Source: Salinivirgaceae bacterium
Lineage (GTDB): Bacteria; Bacteroidota; Bacteroidia; Bacteroidales; SZUA-534
Assembly (NCBI GenBank): GCA_016284875.1
Contig: JAEEPS010000003.1
Coordinates: 21,579-85,578 of the forward strand
Direction of reading: 5' to 3'
DNA: 64,000 bases
Numbering within the stretch: position 1 is the first letter of the stretch; each line of letters begins with the position of its first letter. The position numbers and the translations under genes were made by a program. This document shows, piece by piece, positions 30,052 through 39,600 of this stretch. Below the pieces are notes generated by a model. It was not told where the DNA came from. It saw nothing but the letters and a program-made list of their open reading frames with translations, and searched no databases.

Positions 30052-30525
30052 TTATTCATCAAATGAGCGTGCGGCGTTTCCGACGGGAAAAGACCTATAT
30101 TTTTGATAGAATTGGTTTAGGAAAATTGACTCAAGAGTCTTGGATTCCTGACTGCCACGGCACTTGAACACATCGACGTGACTGCCGTTATAGAGCATAT
30201 ACTGATAGCGTGACGACATTTGAATGTTGTCGTCAATGCCATAGTCGGGGTTGTCAAGCAATAGTTTCAAATGCTTGGTGTAATGCTCATCTCGCAAACG
30301 GCGCAATAACTTGTCTGATTTGCCTATGTAGATAATCGGGCTCTTTTTACCGTTGGCATAAGTGTATTTTGTGCCGTCGGTGGCAGAGATAATGTAAATG
30401 CCGACATCGCGATTGGTGACAGGACAATCGAAATCTTTGTCTGCGAAATCACGCAGGTCGAAACTGGCGTCAACTCCTCTGACGGTGCGGAAGTCTGGCA
30501 TAAATGCTTTTATGTATCTTACCAT
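30052..30525 (-). CDS. GIY-YIG-like nuclease domain protein
   Basis: VGIYII ... IIYIGKS ... LRRLRDEH ... LESIFLNQF ... PVGN reproduces the GIY / YIG / Arg / Glu / Asn order of the GIY-YIG superfamily. The GIY-YIG spacer is longer than usual. Confidence 0.45.
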   Translation of the reverse strand: MVRYIKAFMPDFRTVRGVDASFDLRDFADKDFDCPVTNRDVGIYIISATDGTKYTYANGKKSPIIYIGKSDKLLRRLRDEHYTKHLKLLLDNPDYGIDDNIQMSSRYQYMLYNGSHVDVFKCRGSQESKTLESIFLNQFYQKYRSFPVGNAARSFDE

Positions 30526-30535
30526 ATCTTAACAC

Positions 30536-31675
30536 TCAATTGTTTATCAAACTCTTTATCACGGCATCAATTGCGTCGATTGATTTACGAAGTTCAAATT
30601 CTGATTTATCGGCCTGATGAGCTATGGAGACAAATTTCATTTGTTCTGACATTGGAGGAAGAATGACCTTAATGCTTTGGATATGTTTCAAGTTTAATCC
30701 ACCTCTTCCGTCAACATCTCCAGACATTGAGCGCAATTCCCTATATCTGCCCCTCAGATTATGAAATAGATATTCATAATTTACTTCCTCATTTGGTACG
30801 ATAGCACATAAAGATTGGTTCGTACAAAGCTCTATATCGTTAATAGCGACCGTTCCTCGTGTTTTCCCTTGTCCTGCAAGAGCTACAACAATGGAATGAA
30901 TTGGAACCATTTTAGTACTACAGCCATCATAGCCTTGTTGTGTAATTTTTGCGTCTGTATCTTGCACTCTCCCTTTATGTACTTCACCAGAACTCATCCA
31001 AGGAATAATACCATTATCCCAGTAAGACGAAATCTTCGTACTGGGGGTTGCACCAGCAAAACATTCAGCAAAATCGCCAACCTTTTTAACATCGTAGGAT
31101 TTTGGATTATCATCCACACTCCCAAACATCTCGATAAATTGCGATTTCACCATTTCTTCAGTGGCGGTCAAAAGTTTCTTATATGATTCTTTCAGGCGGT
31201 AGGCGGCCCAGAGTTTGTCGGCAAGGGCTTTCTGCTCGGGAAGTGAGGGAAGTGAGAATTCGTAGTCGGCAAGTGTACTCCAGTTAAGAAAATAATTTAC
31301 TCCACCACTCTTGTTTTCTTCGCAATAATCCCAAAAATCATCGGTTTGCATAACCAATGCTAAATATTCTTGAAGTAGGACGTTTCGGTCTTTTGTCTCT
31401 ATAACAAATGTTTTTTCCGAACATATACCATCAAATTCGGCAACTCCACATTTTTTCAAGTGAGGATTCCGAGTAACAAACAAAATTTGACCTGATTTAA
31501 AGCCACAATAAAACATTGGACCAATAGTTGAACCCTTAATCAGTCCCTTGTCGTGAATTATCAGTTCCTCGGATTCAATATGTTCACCGCCAACATAATA
31601 TATTTTGTCGGTATTGAATCTATCTTCTTTTGTATTTGCTCTATGCGCTACTTCTGAAAATTTAACAATACTCAT
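30536..31675 (-). CDS. hsdS: Type I R-M specificity subunit
   Basis: Two target-recognition domains, each followed by the conserved helix (LPSLPEQKALADKL and LPPMSEQMKFVSI). ATGA overlap with hsdM. Confidence 0.85.
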   Translation of the reverse strand: MSIVKFSEVAHRANTKEDRFNTDKIYYVGGEHIESEELIIHDKGLIKGSTIGPMFYCGFKSGQILFVTRNPHLKKCGVAEFDGICSEKTFVIETKDRNVLLQEYLALVMQTDDFWDYCEENKSGGVNYFLNWSTLADYEFSLPSLPEQKALADKLWAAYRLKESYKKLLTATEEMVKSQFIEMFGSVDDNPKSYDVKKVGDFAECFAGATPSTKISSYWDNGIIPWMSSGEVHKGRVQDTDAKITQQGYDGCSTKMVPIHSIVVALAGQGKTRGTVAINDIELCTNQSLCAIVPNEEVNYEYLFHNLRGRYRELRSMSGDVDGRGGLNLKHIQSIKVILPPMSEQMKFVSIAHQADKSEFELRKSIDAIDAVIKSLINN

Positions 31676-33210
31676 ACAATGCTTTCAATTAATGTTTTAT
31701 AACAATTATGCACGGCTTGTGATTCTTTTTCCCAATTTTGGATAAGTACATTTATATCTTCTGATTCTTTCGTATCACTTGATTTTACATAGTACTTGGG
31801 GGAAATTGTATAATTCTTATCAGGAATGCTGTTTGCATCTATTACACAGGTGCGACCATCTATTGTACTATAACTGTTGTAAAGCGACAAAATCATATTT
31901 ATATGATTTTCCGAAAGATAACTCTCCGTGTTTTTGCGCTCGACAAAATCTGTTGCTTTAATTAGCAAAATCTTTCCTTTTTTCTTTTCTTCTTTATGCT
32001 TGCGACAAATAAGAATGCACGCTTCCATTGGTGAATTGAAGAATAAGTTTTTGCCAATGCTTATTACAGCATCAATTAAATCAGCCTCAATAAGATTCTT
32101 CCTAATATCTTTTTCTATTAGCCTATTCAGTATCCCGTGTGGTAAAAGAATGGCACATCTTCCATTAGTATCATTCATAGAAGCCAAAATATGCTGTATA
32201 AATGCATAATCGGCTTTTGATTGCGGTGGTGTGCCAAGGAAATTGCGTCCCCATCGGTCGTTCTGGAAGGCTTCGCGGTTCCAAGTCTTAATGCTGTATG
32301 GCGGATTGGCGAGCACAATGTCGAACTTGCGCAGTTGGCTGCCATCGACAAAGGCGGGGTGGGCAAGCGTGTCCTCGCGCACAATGCTGAAGTCTTCAAC
32401 GCCATTCAGATAAAGGTTCATACGGGCAATAGAAGCGGTGAGCGCGTTAATCTCCTGCCCAAACACCTTCACGCCCTGCCAGGGCTGGCCTTTCTGGCGC
32501 AAATAGTCGAGACACTTCACAAGCATTCCGCCACTGCCACAGGTGGGGTCGTAAATGCTCTCATCGGGCTGTGGCTGCAGAATCTTGGCCATCAGCGTTA
32601 CCACGGTGCGGTTGGTGTAGAACTCCTGCGCGGTGTTGCCTGCATCGTCGGCAAACTTACCAATAAGGTATTCGTAGGCTTGCCCCATCTCGTCGGCTGG
32701 GCACGCGGCAAGGCTCAAGTTGTAGCGCGAGAAATCCTCAATGAGCGAAGTGATTATGTGGTCGGGCATTTTGGCTTTGTTGGTCCAGCCGTCTTTGGGT
32801 CCGAAAATGCCTTCCAGTCCGCCAATCACGCGTCCGTCGGCCTCCTCGCCAGGGTTGGCCTGCTCAATGGCGATAAATGCCTCGACAAGGCGCTGCCCGA
32901 CGTTTTCGGTCACTTCGCGCACATCGCGCCAGTGGGCTCCGTCAGGAATGCGTATTGCCAGTTCCTCGGCCTGCATACCAGCGTATTCGGCACCGCCTTC
33001 GCGCACAAAACCTTCGAACTGCTCGTCGTACACATCGCCAATGCGCTTGAAGAAGAGCAACGGGAAAATGTACTCTTTGTATCCTGCGGCGTCAATTTGT
33101 CCGCGCAGACGTGTGGCGGCTCCCCACAGGAAGGTTTTGAGTTCGTCCAATGAAATGGGCGCGTCGGCTTGGCGGTAATTATGTATTTTGTCTTCTTCTT
33201 TCATACTCAA
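31672..33210 (-). CDS. hsdM: Type I R-M N6-adenine methyltransferase subunit, copy 2
   Basis: HsdM N-terminal domain (LWGAATRLRG), FYT, motif I DPTCGSGGML, catalytic LANPPYS, and a C-terminal NYTISPKYYV tail. Confidence 0.85.
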   Translation of the reverse strand: MSMKEEDKIHNYRQADAPISLDELKTFLWGAATRLRGQIDAAGYKEYIFPLLFFKRIGDVYDEQFEGFVREGGAEYAGMQAEELAIRIPDGAHWRDVREVTENVGQRLVEAFIAIEQANPGEEADGRVIGGLEGIFGPKDGWTNKAKMPDHIITSLIEDFSRYNLSLAACPADEMGQAYEYLIGKFADDAGNTAQEFYTNRTVVTLMAKILQPQPDESIYDPTCGSGGMLVKCLDYLRQKGQPWQGVKVFGQEINALTASIARMNLYLNGVEDFSIVREDTLAHPAFVDGSQLRKFDIVLANPPYSIKTWNREAFQNDRWGRNFLGTPPQSKADYAFIQHILASMNDTNGRCAILLPHGILNRLIEKDIRKNLIEADLIDAVISIGKNLFFNSPMEACILICRKHKEEKKKGKILLIKATDFVERKNTESYLSENHINMILSLYNSYSTIDGRTCVIDANSIPDKNYTISPKYYVKSSDTKESEDINVLIQNWEKESQAVHNCYKTLIESIV

Positions 33211-34736
33211 ATGTTTATCACATTCCTGAACTCCGCCTCACGCATTTTCACTTCCTCGTAAGCCGCCTTGAATTCGGCAAGCACTTCGGCATAGGGGCGA
33301 GTTTCCTCTTTGTGGTACTGCACATATTTGTTTGGCGAGAGGTCGTAGTTCTTTGCGGCAATCTCGTCGAGCATAACCACTTGCGAGTAGTCCTCAACAT
33401 TCTCGTAGTTGGCATAGAGTTCGTAGAGGCGGTCAACATCCTTTGCTTCGAGAATGTTCTGTGCACGTTTCTGGGTGAGGATTTTAGTGCCGTCAATCAT
33501 CAGAATGCGTGCGCTGTGGGCGGCGGGTTTTACCTTGCGCAGAATGAGGAAACAAGGCGAGAGTCCTGTGCCGTAGAATAGTTTGTCGCCAAGCGTGACA
33601 ACGGCCTCCACAAGGTCGCTCTTTACCAGTTTCTCGCGTATGCGGCCTTCCTCGTTGCCACGGAAAAGAACTCCCTGCGGCATCACCACCGCCATACGGC
33701 CTTTGCCTGGCGCCATCGACACTATCATATGCTGAATCCAGGCATAGTCGCCGCACGAGTCGCTTGGCGTGCCCCAAATGTTGCGCCCGAACTTATCCGA
33801 CGACCATTCAACCGAGCCCCATTTCTCAAGCGAGAAGGGCGGATTGGCAATCACGCAGTCGAACTTGGCCACTTCGCCGCCTTGCAGAATCTTCGGGTTG
33901 CGAAGGGTGTCGCCCTGCATAATGTTGAAGTCGCTGGCACCGTGCAGAAAGAGGTTCATCTTGGCAATGGCCGAGTTAACCACATTCTTCTCCTGTCCGA
34001 AGATACTGCCGCAACACAGGCTGCTGTGGTGCATATGGTGGACAGCCTCGATAAGCATACCTCCACTGCCGCAGGCGGGGTCGTATACGGTTTCGCCAGG
34101 TTGTGGGTCGAGTATGCGCACCAAGAGTTGTACTACAGGACGCGGTGTATAGAACTCTCCAGCCTGGGCTTTTGAGTCGTCAGCAAATTTTTTGAGCAAA
34201 ATCTCGTAGGCGTCGCCCATCAGGTCGGAAGGGTAATCGTTGTTGCCCAGATTCTTTGTACTCAAATGCTCAATCAGGTCACGAATCTTTCCGTCGGAAA
34301 GGTTTTTCTTGTCGGTCCACTTTTGCGCGCTGAACATACTCAACACGCCAAAAAGGGTATCGGGGTTGGCTAGTTCTATTCCGCGCATAGCACCCACTAT
34401 GGCAGCGCCGAGGTTTTCGGTCCGCTCGCGCACATCGTTCCAGTGGCAACCGTCGGGAATGACAAATCGGTGCTGCTCGGGCAGGGCGGCATATTCCTCA
34501 TCGCCGCCGCTGTCGGCCAGCGCTATCTGTGTCTCCTCGTCATAGACATCGGAAATGCGCTTATAGTAGAGAATTGGGGTGATATAATCTTTGAAGTTGT
34601 CCTGGCTGACAGGTCCGCGCAGAATGTTGCACGCCTCGAACAGGAAGTTATACAGGTTCTGCACTCCTTCGAGCCGTAATTCTTGCGGTGTCTTGGCAAC
34701 ATCAGCCGAATCCTTTTTATTGTTTTTCTTCGCCAT
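33207..34736 (-). CDS. hsdM: Type I R-M N6-adenine methyltransferase subunit, copy 1
   Basis: HsdM N-terminal domain (LFEACNILRG), GEFYTPR, DPACGSGGML, catalytic IANPPFS, and a C-terminal NYDLSPNKYV tail. ATGA overlap with copy 2. Confidence 0.85.
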   Translation of the reverse strand: MAKKNNKKDSADVAKTPQELRLEGVQNLYNFLFEACNILRGPVSQDNFKDYITPILYYKRISDVYDEETQIALADSGGDEEYAALPEQHRFVIPDGCHWNDVRERTENLGAAIVGAMRGIELANPDTLFGVLSMFSAQKWTDKKNLSDGKIRDLIEHLSTKNLGNNDYPSDLMGDAYEILLKKFADDSKAQAGEFYTPRPVVQLLVRILDPQPGETVYDPACGSGGMLIEAVHHMHHSSLCCGSIFGQEKNVVNSAIAKMNLFLHGASDFNIMQGDTLRNPKILQGGEVAKFDCVIANPPFSLEKWGSVEWSSDKFGRNIWGTPSDSCGDYAWIQHMIVSMAPGKGRMAVVMPQGVLFRGNEEGRIREKLVKSDLVEAVVTLGDKLFYGTGLSPCFLILRKVKPAAHSARILMIDGTKILTQKRAQNILEAKDVDRLYELYANYENVEDYSQVVMLDEIAAKNYDLSPNKYVQYHKEETRPYAEVLAEFKAAYEEVKMREAEFRNVINI

Positions 34737-34876
34737 TATTGTTCAACTACGCAGTGATATGCTTATCAGTCAGCACTTTTTATTCGCTCTTTTTATCCTT
34801 ACAATGATAAGGAAAAAAGGAACAATATAATCATTTTTGGAGGCTGCGCTTGGTTTGTTTATAAGTATTGCTGGTG

Positions 34877-36691
34877 TCATTGGACTTTTCCCGCAATATA
34901 CTCTCTCAAATACTTAAACGGGAACGGAACCACAGTCAGTTGGCCGTTTCGCACGAAAGTGACAGCCATTAGTTTTAACATATCGACAAAAAACAAATCG
35001 CTGTATCTGTAAGCATCAACCATTCTGATATTTGCTGCAGTAGGAATCACTCTTCGCATACCTGCTCCTATTATACCCGAAAAATAGCACAGCGAATGGT
35101 CGTTGTCAGAAAAGCACTTGATGTCTGTTATTGCAGGGAACAATTCTTCACGGCTTTCAATGTTTCGAAGTTTATTGTCACCGCTTTCTAATCGGTTCTT
35201 TATAAGTTCAATTTCGGGAATCGTTCTTAATTTGGTATCATAGATAACATTAATATCATTTCCTTTTTTTACCACGCCCACCACATCTTCATTACTAAAT
35301 ATATCAACACATTCCTGATACTCATTCTGCTCAAACAGAGTGTTTTCTTGTTCCGCTATCGAGAAATCGCCATCGTGTGAGATTGTCATAAAGTAGAAAT
35401 GCTTTTTCTCGTCATCGTCTTTATGGCACACCCCGAATATTAGGTTGTCTGGATAATTGTAATCTTGCCAATTAACCATTGATATGCGCTTTGACACAAG
35501 GTCTTCTTTGATGAGTGCTTCTTGCATTATGTTATCTAACAATGAATTCAATTCTGTTTTTTTGCTATCATCATCAGAGTTCATCAAGTGCGCTATGGTT
35601 TCAATTGTGACGTGTTGTAAGGCGCAGCCTTTGTACACCAAGTCGTGCGGGTCTGCCTTATTTTCGTATTCTTCCTCTTTGTGAATAAGAATAATGTTGA
35701 TTGCATCTTTTTTGGGGCTTTTTAGAACCGACACATCGCAATTAAAATGTTCTAATAGTTCTTCCTTTAGAAATTCAATATTTAATGATGATGTCGAATC
35801 CTGCACTTTGTCAACCAATACTATTCTGCGCAAAGAAGCCATTTCTTCAAATCGTTTCTCCATTTCTTTGACCATTTTGGTAGAAACAGATAACTCTTGA
35901 TATTCGTCAAAGAAGTCGAATTCAATGTGAGCCATCTTGCCAAATGCCGTGTTGAATTTGTCGATGCAGTCACATACGACTCCCATTTTTGTTTTTTGGA
36001 AGTTCTCCAACGAGTCGATTTCGAGGAATTTGATGTTGGATTTCTTATTAGCGGTTTGTCGCATAATATAGGCGTCAGGGTCAGCACCTTTCTCGATTCT
36101 CTTCAAGATATTGTCTTTGCCGAGAACATATTCAGGATATTCGTTGAATTTCTTCTTGCCGAATTTGATATCGTTTTTCTTTGTGACGGACGTGAATGTT
36201 CTTACACTCCAGTCCAAAAGCAATTCCTTTGTTACTTTTAATTCCAAAGTGATTAGTTGTTTGCCTTTCGATTTAGTCCAAGATGGATGATTAATATAGA
36301 AATGCCCAGTAACGTTATGGAATCCAAGGATTTTGCCTTCGTATGTTCCCAATGAATTGAGCAATAACTGAACAACAATATTTTGTGGCACCGTGCTTAT
36401 TGCAACATTTTCAAAAGATATTTTCTCTGTTCCAGGCAGTCTGTCTATGGCCTTACCAAGATTTATTCTGTTTTCGGCAGACTTCTTGAGCATCATATAA
36501 AACGAATTGCCACGCTCGTAAACAACCGATAATACAAATTTTTCATTAGTCAAATCGTCCACCAATTTGGCAGCGCTGTTTCCTTTCCCGAAATGCGTGT
36601 CGGAAGTCTTAACGTTAAAAAACTCGTATGTATCAGACAACAAACCTAATTCAAGATTCGCAATCAATTTGTTAGTTTGTATTCTGCTCAT
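34877..36691 (-). CDS. Unknown 604-aa partner of the helicase-nuclease; possibly Argonaute-like (DdmE-like)
   Basis: Overlaps the upstream helicase-nuclease gene by 20 nt. No catalytic motif is recognisable. It has a weak MID-like string IILIHKEEEYENK...LQHVTIETI and a hydrophobic C-terminus (VVPFPFKYLREYIAGKVQ). The assignment is by architecture and is an inference. Confidence 0.35.
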   Translation of the reverse strand: MSRIQTNKLIANLELGLLSDTYEFFNVKTSDTHFGKGNSAAKLVDDLTNEKFVLSVVYERGNSFYMMLKKSAENRINLGKAIDRLPGTEKISFENVAISTVPQNIVVQLLLNSLGTYEGKILGFHNVTGHFYINHPSWTKSKGKQLITLELKVTKELLLDWSVRTFTSVTKKNDIKFGKKKFNEYPEYVLGKDNILKRIEKGADPDAYIMRQTANKKSNIKFLEIDSLENFQKTKMGVVCDCIDKFNTAFGKMAHIEFDFFDEYQELSVSTKMVKEMEKRFEEMASLRRIVLVDKVQDSTSSLNIEFLKEELLEHFNCDVSVLKSPKKDAINIILIHKEEEYENKADPHDLVYKGCALQHVTIETIAHLMNSDDDSKKTELNSLLDNIMQEALIKEDLVSKRISMVNWQDYNYPDNLIFGVCHKDDDEKKHFYFMTISHDGDFSIAEQENTLFEQNEYQECVDIFSNEDVVGVVKKGNDINVIYDTKLRTIPEIELIKNRLESGDNKLRNIESREELFPAITDIKCFSDNDHSLCYFSGIIGAGMRRVIPTAANIRMVDAYRYSDLFFVDMLKLMAVTFVRNGQLTVVPFPFKYLREYIAGKVQ

Positions 36692-39600
36692 TTTTAAATT
36701 CTTGTATTTTGGTTAAAGCATTATGTGATATTTGGGAATTGCATATTAACGACAACTCAATGATTTCAAAACCATTTTCTGGCGTTGTTGTTATTGCGTC
36801 ATTCTTTGTATCTCTAACATTTGCAATTATCACAGTCCTTACTTCCTTGCACCTTTGGGCTTTTTCAACGACTTTCTTGTGATATTCTTTAGCATCGAAG
36901 CGTGTTGTATCTTTCCAATACTTGAAATCGACATATATGGGTTTCCCTGTTACCTTAAAATCAAATAATTCGTGTTCTTCATTGTTTAATTCTTCCAATG
37001 GGATGCCAAAACCTTCGAAAAGGAACTTCCCGATTGCTTCGCCAAGTGCTCCTTTATAGACATTCTGATAAAGTGGTGGCGACATAATATAATCGCCTTC
37101 TCTAAATTCTGTTGCATATCCATTATCAAGAAAGAACGATTTTAAATTGGGTATACTCTCCAAAAGATTGTAAAGATTAACGTCTTCCTGCGAAACAGAT
37201 GCCGAATCTTTAAATCTTTCTTCTGCTATATTCTCAATTTTGTCAAAATCCTCACTTTGTTTGTAGAAGTATTTGCTGATTGGTTTGCCAAACGTAATAT
37301 AATAGTTGCAATTGAATGGGCGTTTTTCCCATTCTTCCATTGTCAGGGTTGGATGTTTTAATACATATTCACGTATATTTTTCCATTTTTTAATTTCATC
37401 ATTATTCCAAGAGTTTTCAAAACATCTAGTGAGAAATCTTGAAATGCGTTTGTTCGTCAATAACGAATCGCTAATAGCAATTTCGATAACTCTGCTTTGA
37501 GAAGGTTCTTCTGAGAATTTTATTTTTTTCGCCAGCTCCACCATCTCGTGATTTAACAATCTGTCTTCTTCCAATAGAGTGGTTCTGTCCAATGCATCAC
37601 CGAGTTCAGAGTCTGCCAAAACATAAACATTCTTACTGCGATAATTGGTTCGGCATTTTCTACCCATTGCCTGAACAATGATTTTAGTCGCATATATTTT
37701 TACATCACGCAAATTCGATAGTTTTTTCACGACACCAGTTGTTCTCTCTTTGTCGATGTTTATATATGTTCTCTTTATTTCCGCCATTTTTTCGTTTGGA
37801 GTTATTTCTCTTTTATGACCAAGGTATTCCAATTGGAATATTCTGTTTATCGCAGATTCTTCATTGCCACCGCACTGATTAACAAGAGATGTCGGTTTGT
37901 CCAAATAAATGCCTTCTATATCCATCTCTAATTTATTCCTTCTAGTATTATTGATTTTTACGACCTCATCCTTTTTGCTATTTGGTATAGTGTATTGTAA
38001 ATTTTGACCAGCACCGATTGTGGCATAAGTAGATATAATGAACCTTCGCTCGCCTTTACTCAAGTCACCGATTAATTCATTTTTCTTTTGTTCAAAATTG
38101 TCAGAATCCAGAACCACACACATTTTATCTTCAAACTGGACACCTTTTTCTTGTGATAGATATTGAAAAAGTTTAAAAAGCGTTTTTTGGTCAAACTCCC
38201 AATCTCCATTTCTTAAACTTCTTGAAAACAAAGCTAAGTATGACTGAATATTGTTGTCTAAGAATTGTTTAAATGCCAACACGGCTTTGTAATATCTGAC
38301 CTCCTTATAATGATTATTATCTTTATCATATTTACTTGTAAGCGTATGTGCAGCATTTACGATATCAATATCGGTCGTAAATATGTTTGACCAATTAGGA
38401 GCAACATTTGCAGATGTCTTAGTCAATTCTACAATTGTATTTACATTCTCAAATCCTGTTGTTTGGCTTTCAATGACCTTTTTTATTCTTTCTTTATCTT
38501 CTGCTGTCGGTTTCACAAACCTATCGCCCAATTTCCATTCCAGATAGTCAATGTCATAATTGCCCAATACGGTTTTAAATGTTGCTGTGGCAGATATTCC
38601 GATTACTTTTGAAAGAGAACAAATCGAATACATTATACTTTCAGGGGTGTCCTCAAAAACATATTTTTTAATAACCGTTGTGTTATCGTGCGAATAATCG
38701 TCACAGAAATCGTAATGGCTGAATCCGCTTGAGTAAAAGCCGAAATCATCTTTTATTTCAGCATTGTTTGACTGTATCTTCAACGTGTTGTTATATGACA
38801 AAGCCATATTTCTAATAACCCTGTAACTCTCTCCTTGCAGGTGTAATGAGTCAAGTATCGTATCAAGAGCGTGTAATTCTGTAAATTCACCATAAGACTT
38901 GCCTGGCTCTTTCTTTTGGTTTTTGTTTTGATAGTAACTATAAGCCAATATGCAGACAAATCGTGTGAAATGAGAAATTGCACCCTTTATTTTGTCTAAC
39001 GCTTCATACAGAGTCGTGTCCGATTCACCTTTCGAAATGAGTTCCAGGGTATTGATATTTTCATTTTTGATAAATCTTGTTGTTACATTTTCTTCGCTAG
39101 TTGTATAATTATTGTGAGTTAAATCGGAAAACAAAACAATGCGTTTTTCTTCAAAGCCAACAGATTTATGGTGTTGTAGCAAGTGATATTTATCGGAGAT
39201 TTCATTAAAGATTCTAATGTTTTTTTCGAGAGCGCGTTTATGAGACGGCTTGTTTTTGACGTTATCCCATATATTCGATGGTATTGATTCCTGGTTGTCA
39301 AGGCATATTTTGATATTCCTAAAAAGGTCAATATAGTCTATACCATTGTTCAGACCGTTTTGAACAATCACATCTTGAATCTCTTTTTTCGTCGCATCAA
39401 ACTCGTCAATGAACACTATGGAATTTTTGAAAAAGGAAGTTTCATAAAGTCTGACGCCTTTTTCAATGATTGTGTCGAAAGGAAGAACTAATTTCTTCAT
39501 CGTCACGAAAAAAACACTTTTCTCTTCGGAGAAAACGGCAGGGTACAAATCTCCCACCCATTGCCAACTTTTGTCATTCTTGATGGCATTTATTTTGTCT

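Noticed and set aside
30536-31675. Phase-variable hsdS shuffling driven by the nearby tyrosine recombinase
   Set aside because: Only one hsdS gene is present. I found no silent or inverted hsdS fragments or inverted repeats flanking it, and the recombinase is 11 kb away.
32221-33153. 310-aa plus-strand ORF (and neighbours 32741-33178, 33150-33581, 33729-34175)
   Set aside because: Entirely antisense to the two hsdM genes, whose products show all canonical motifs. The antisense translations are low-complexity with no motifs. These are typical shadow ORFs.
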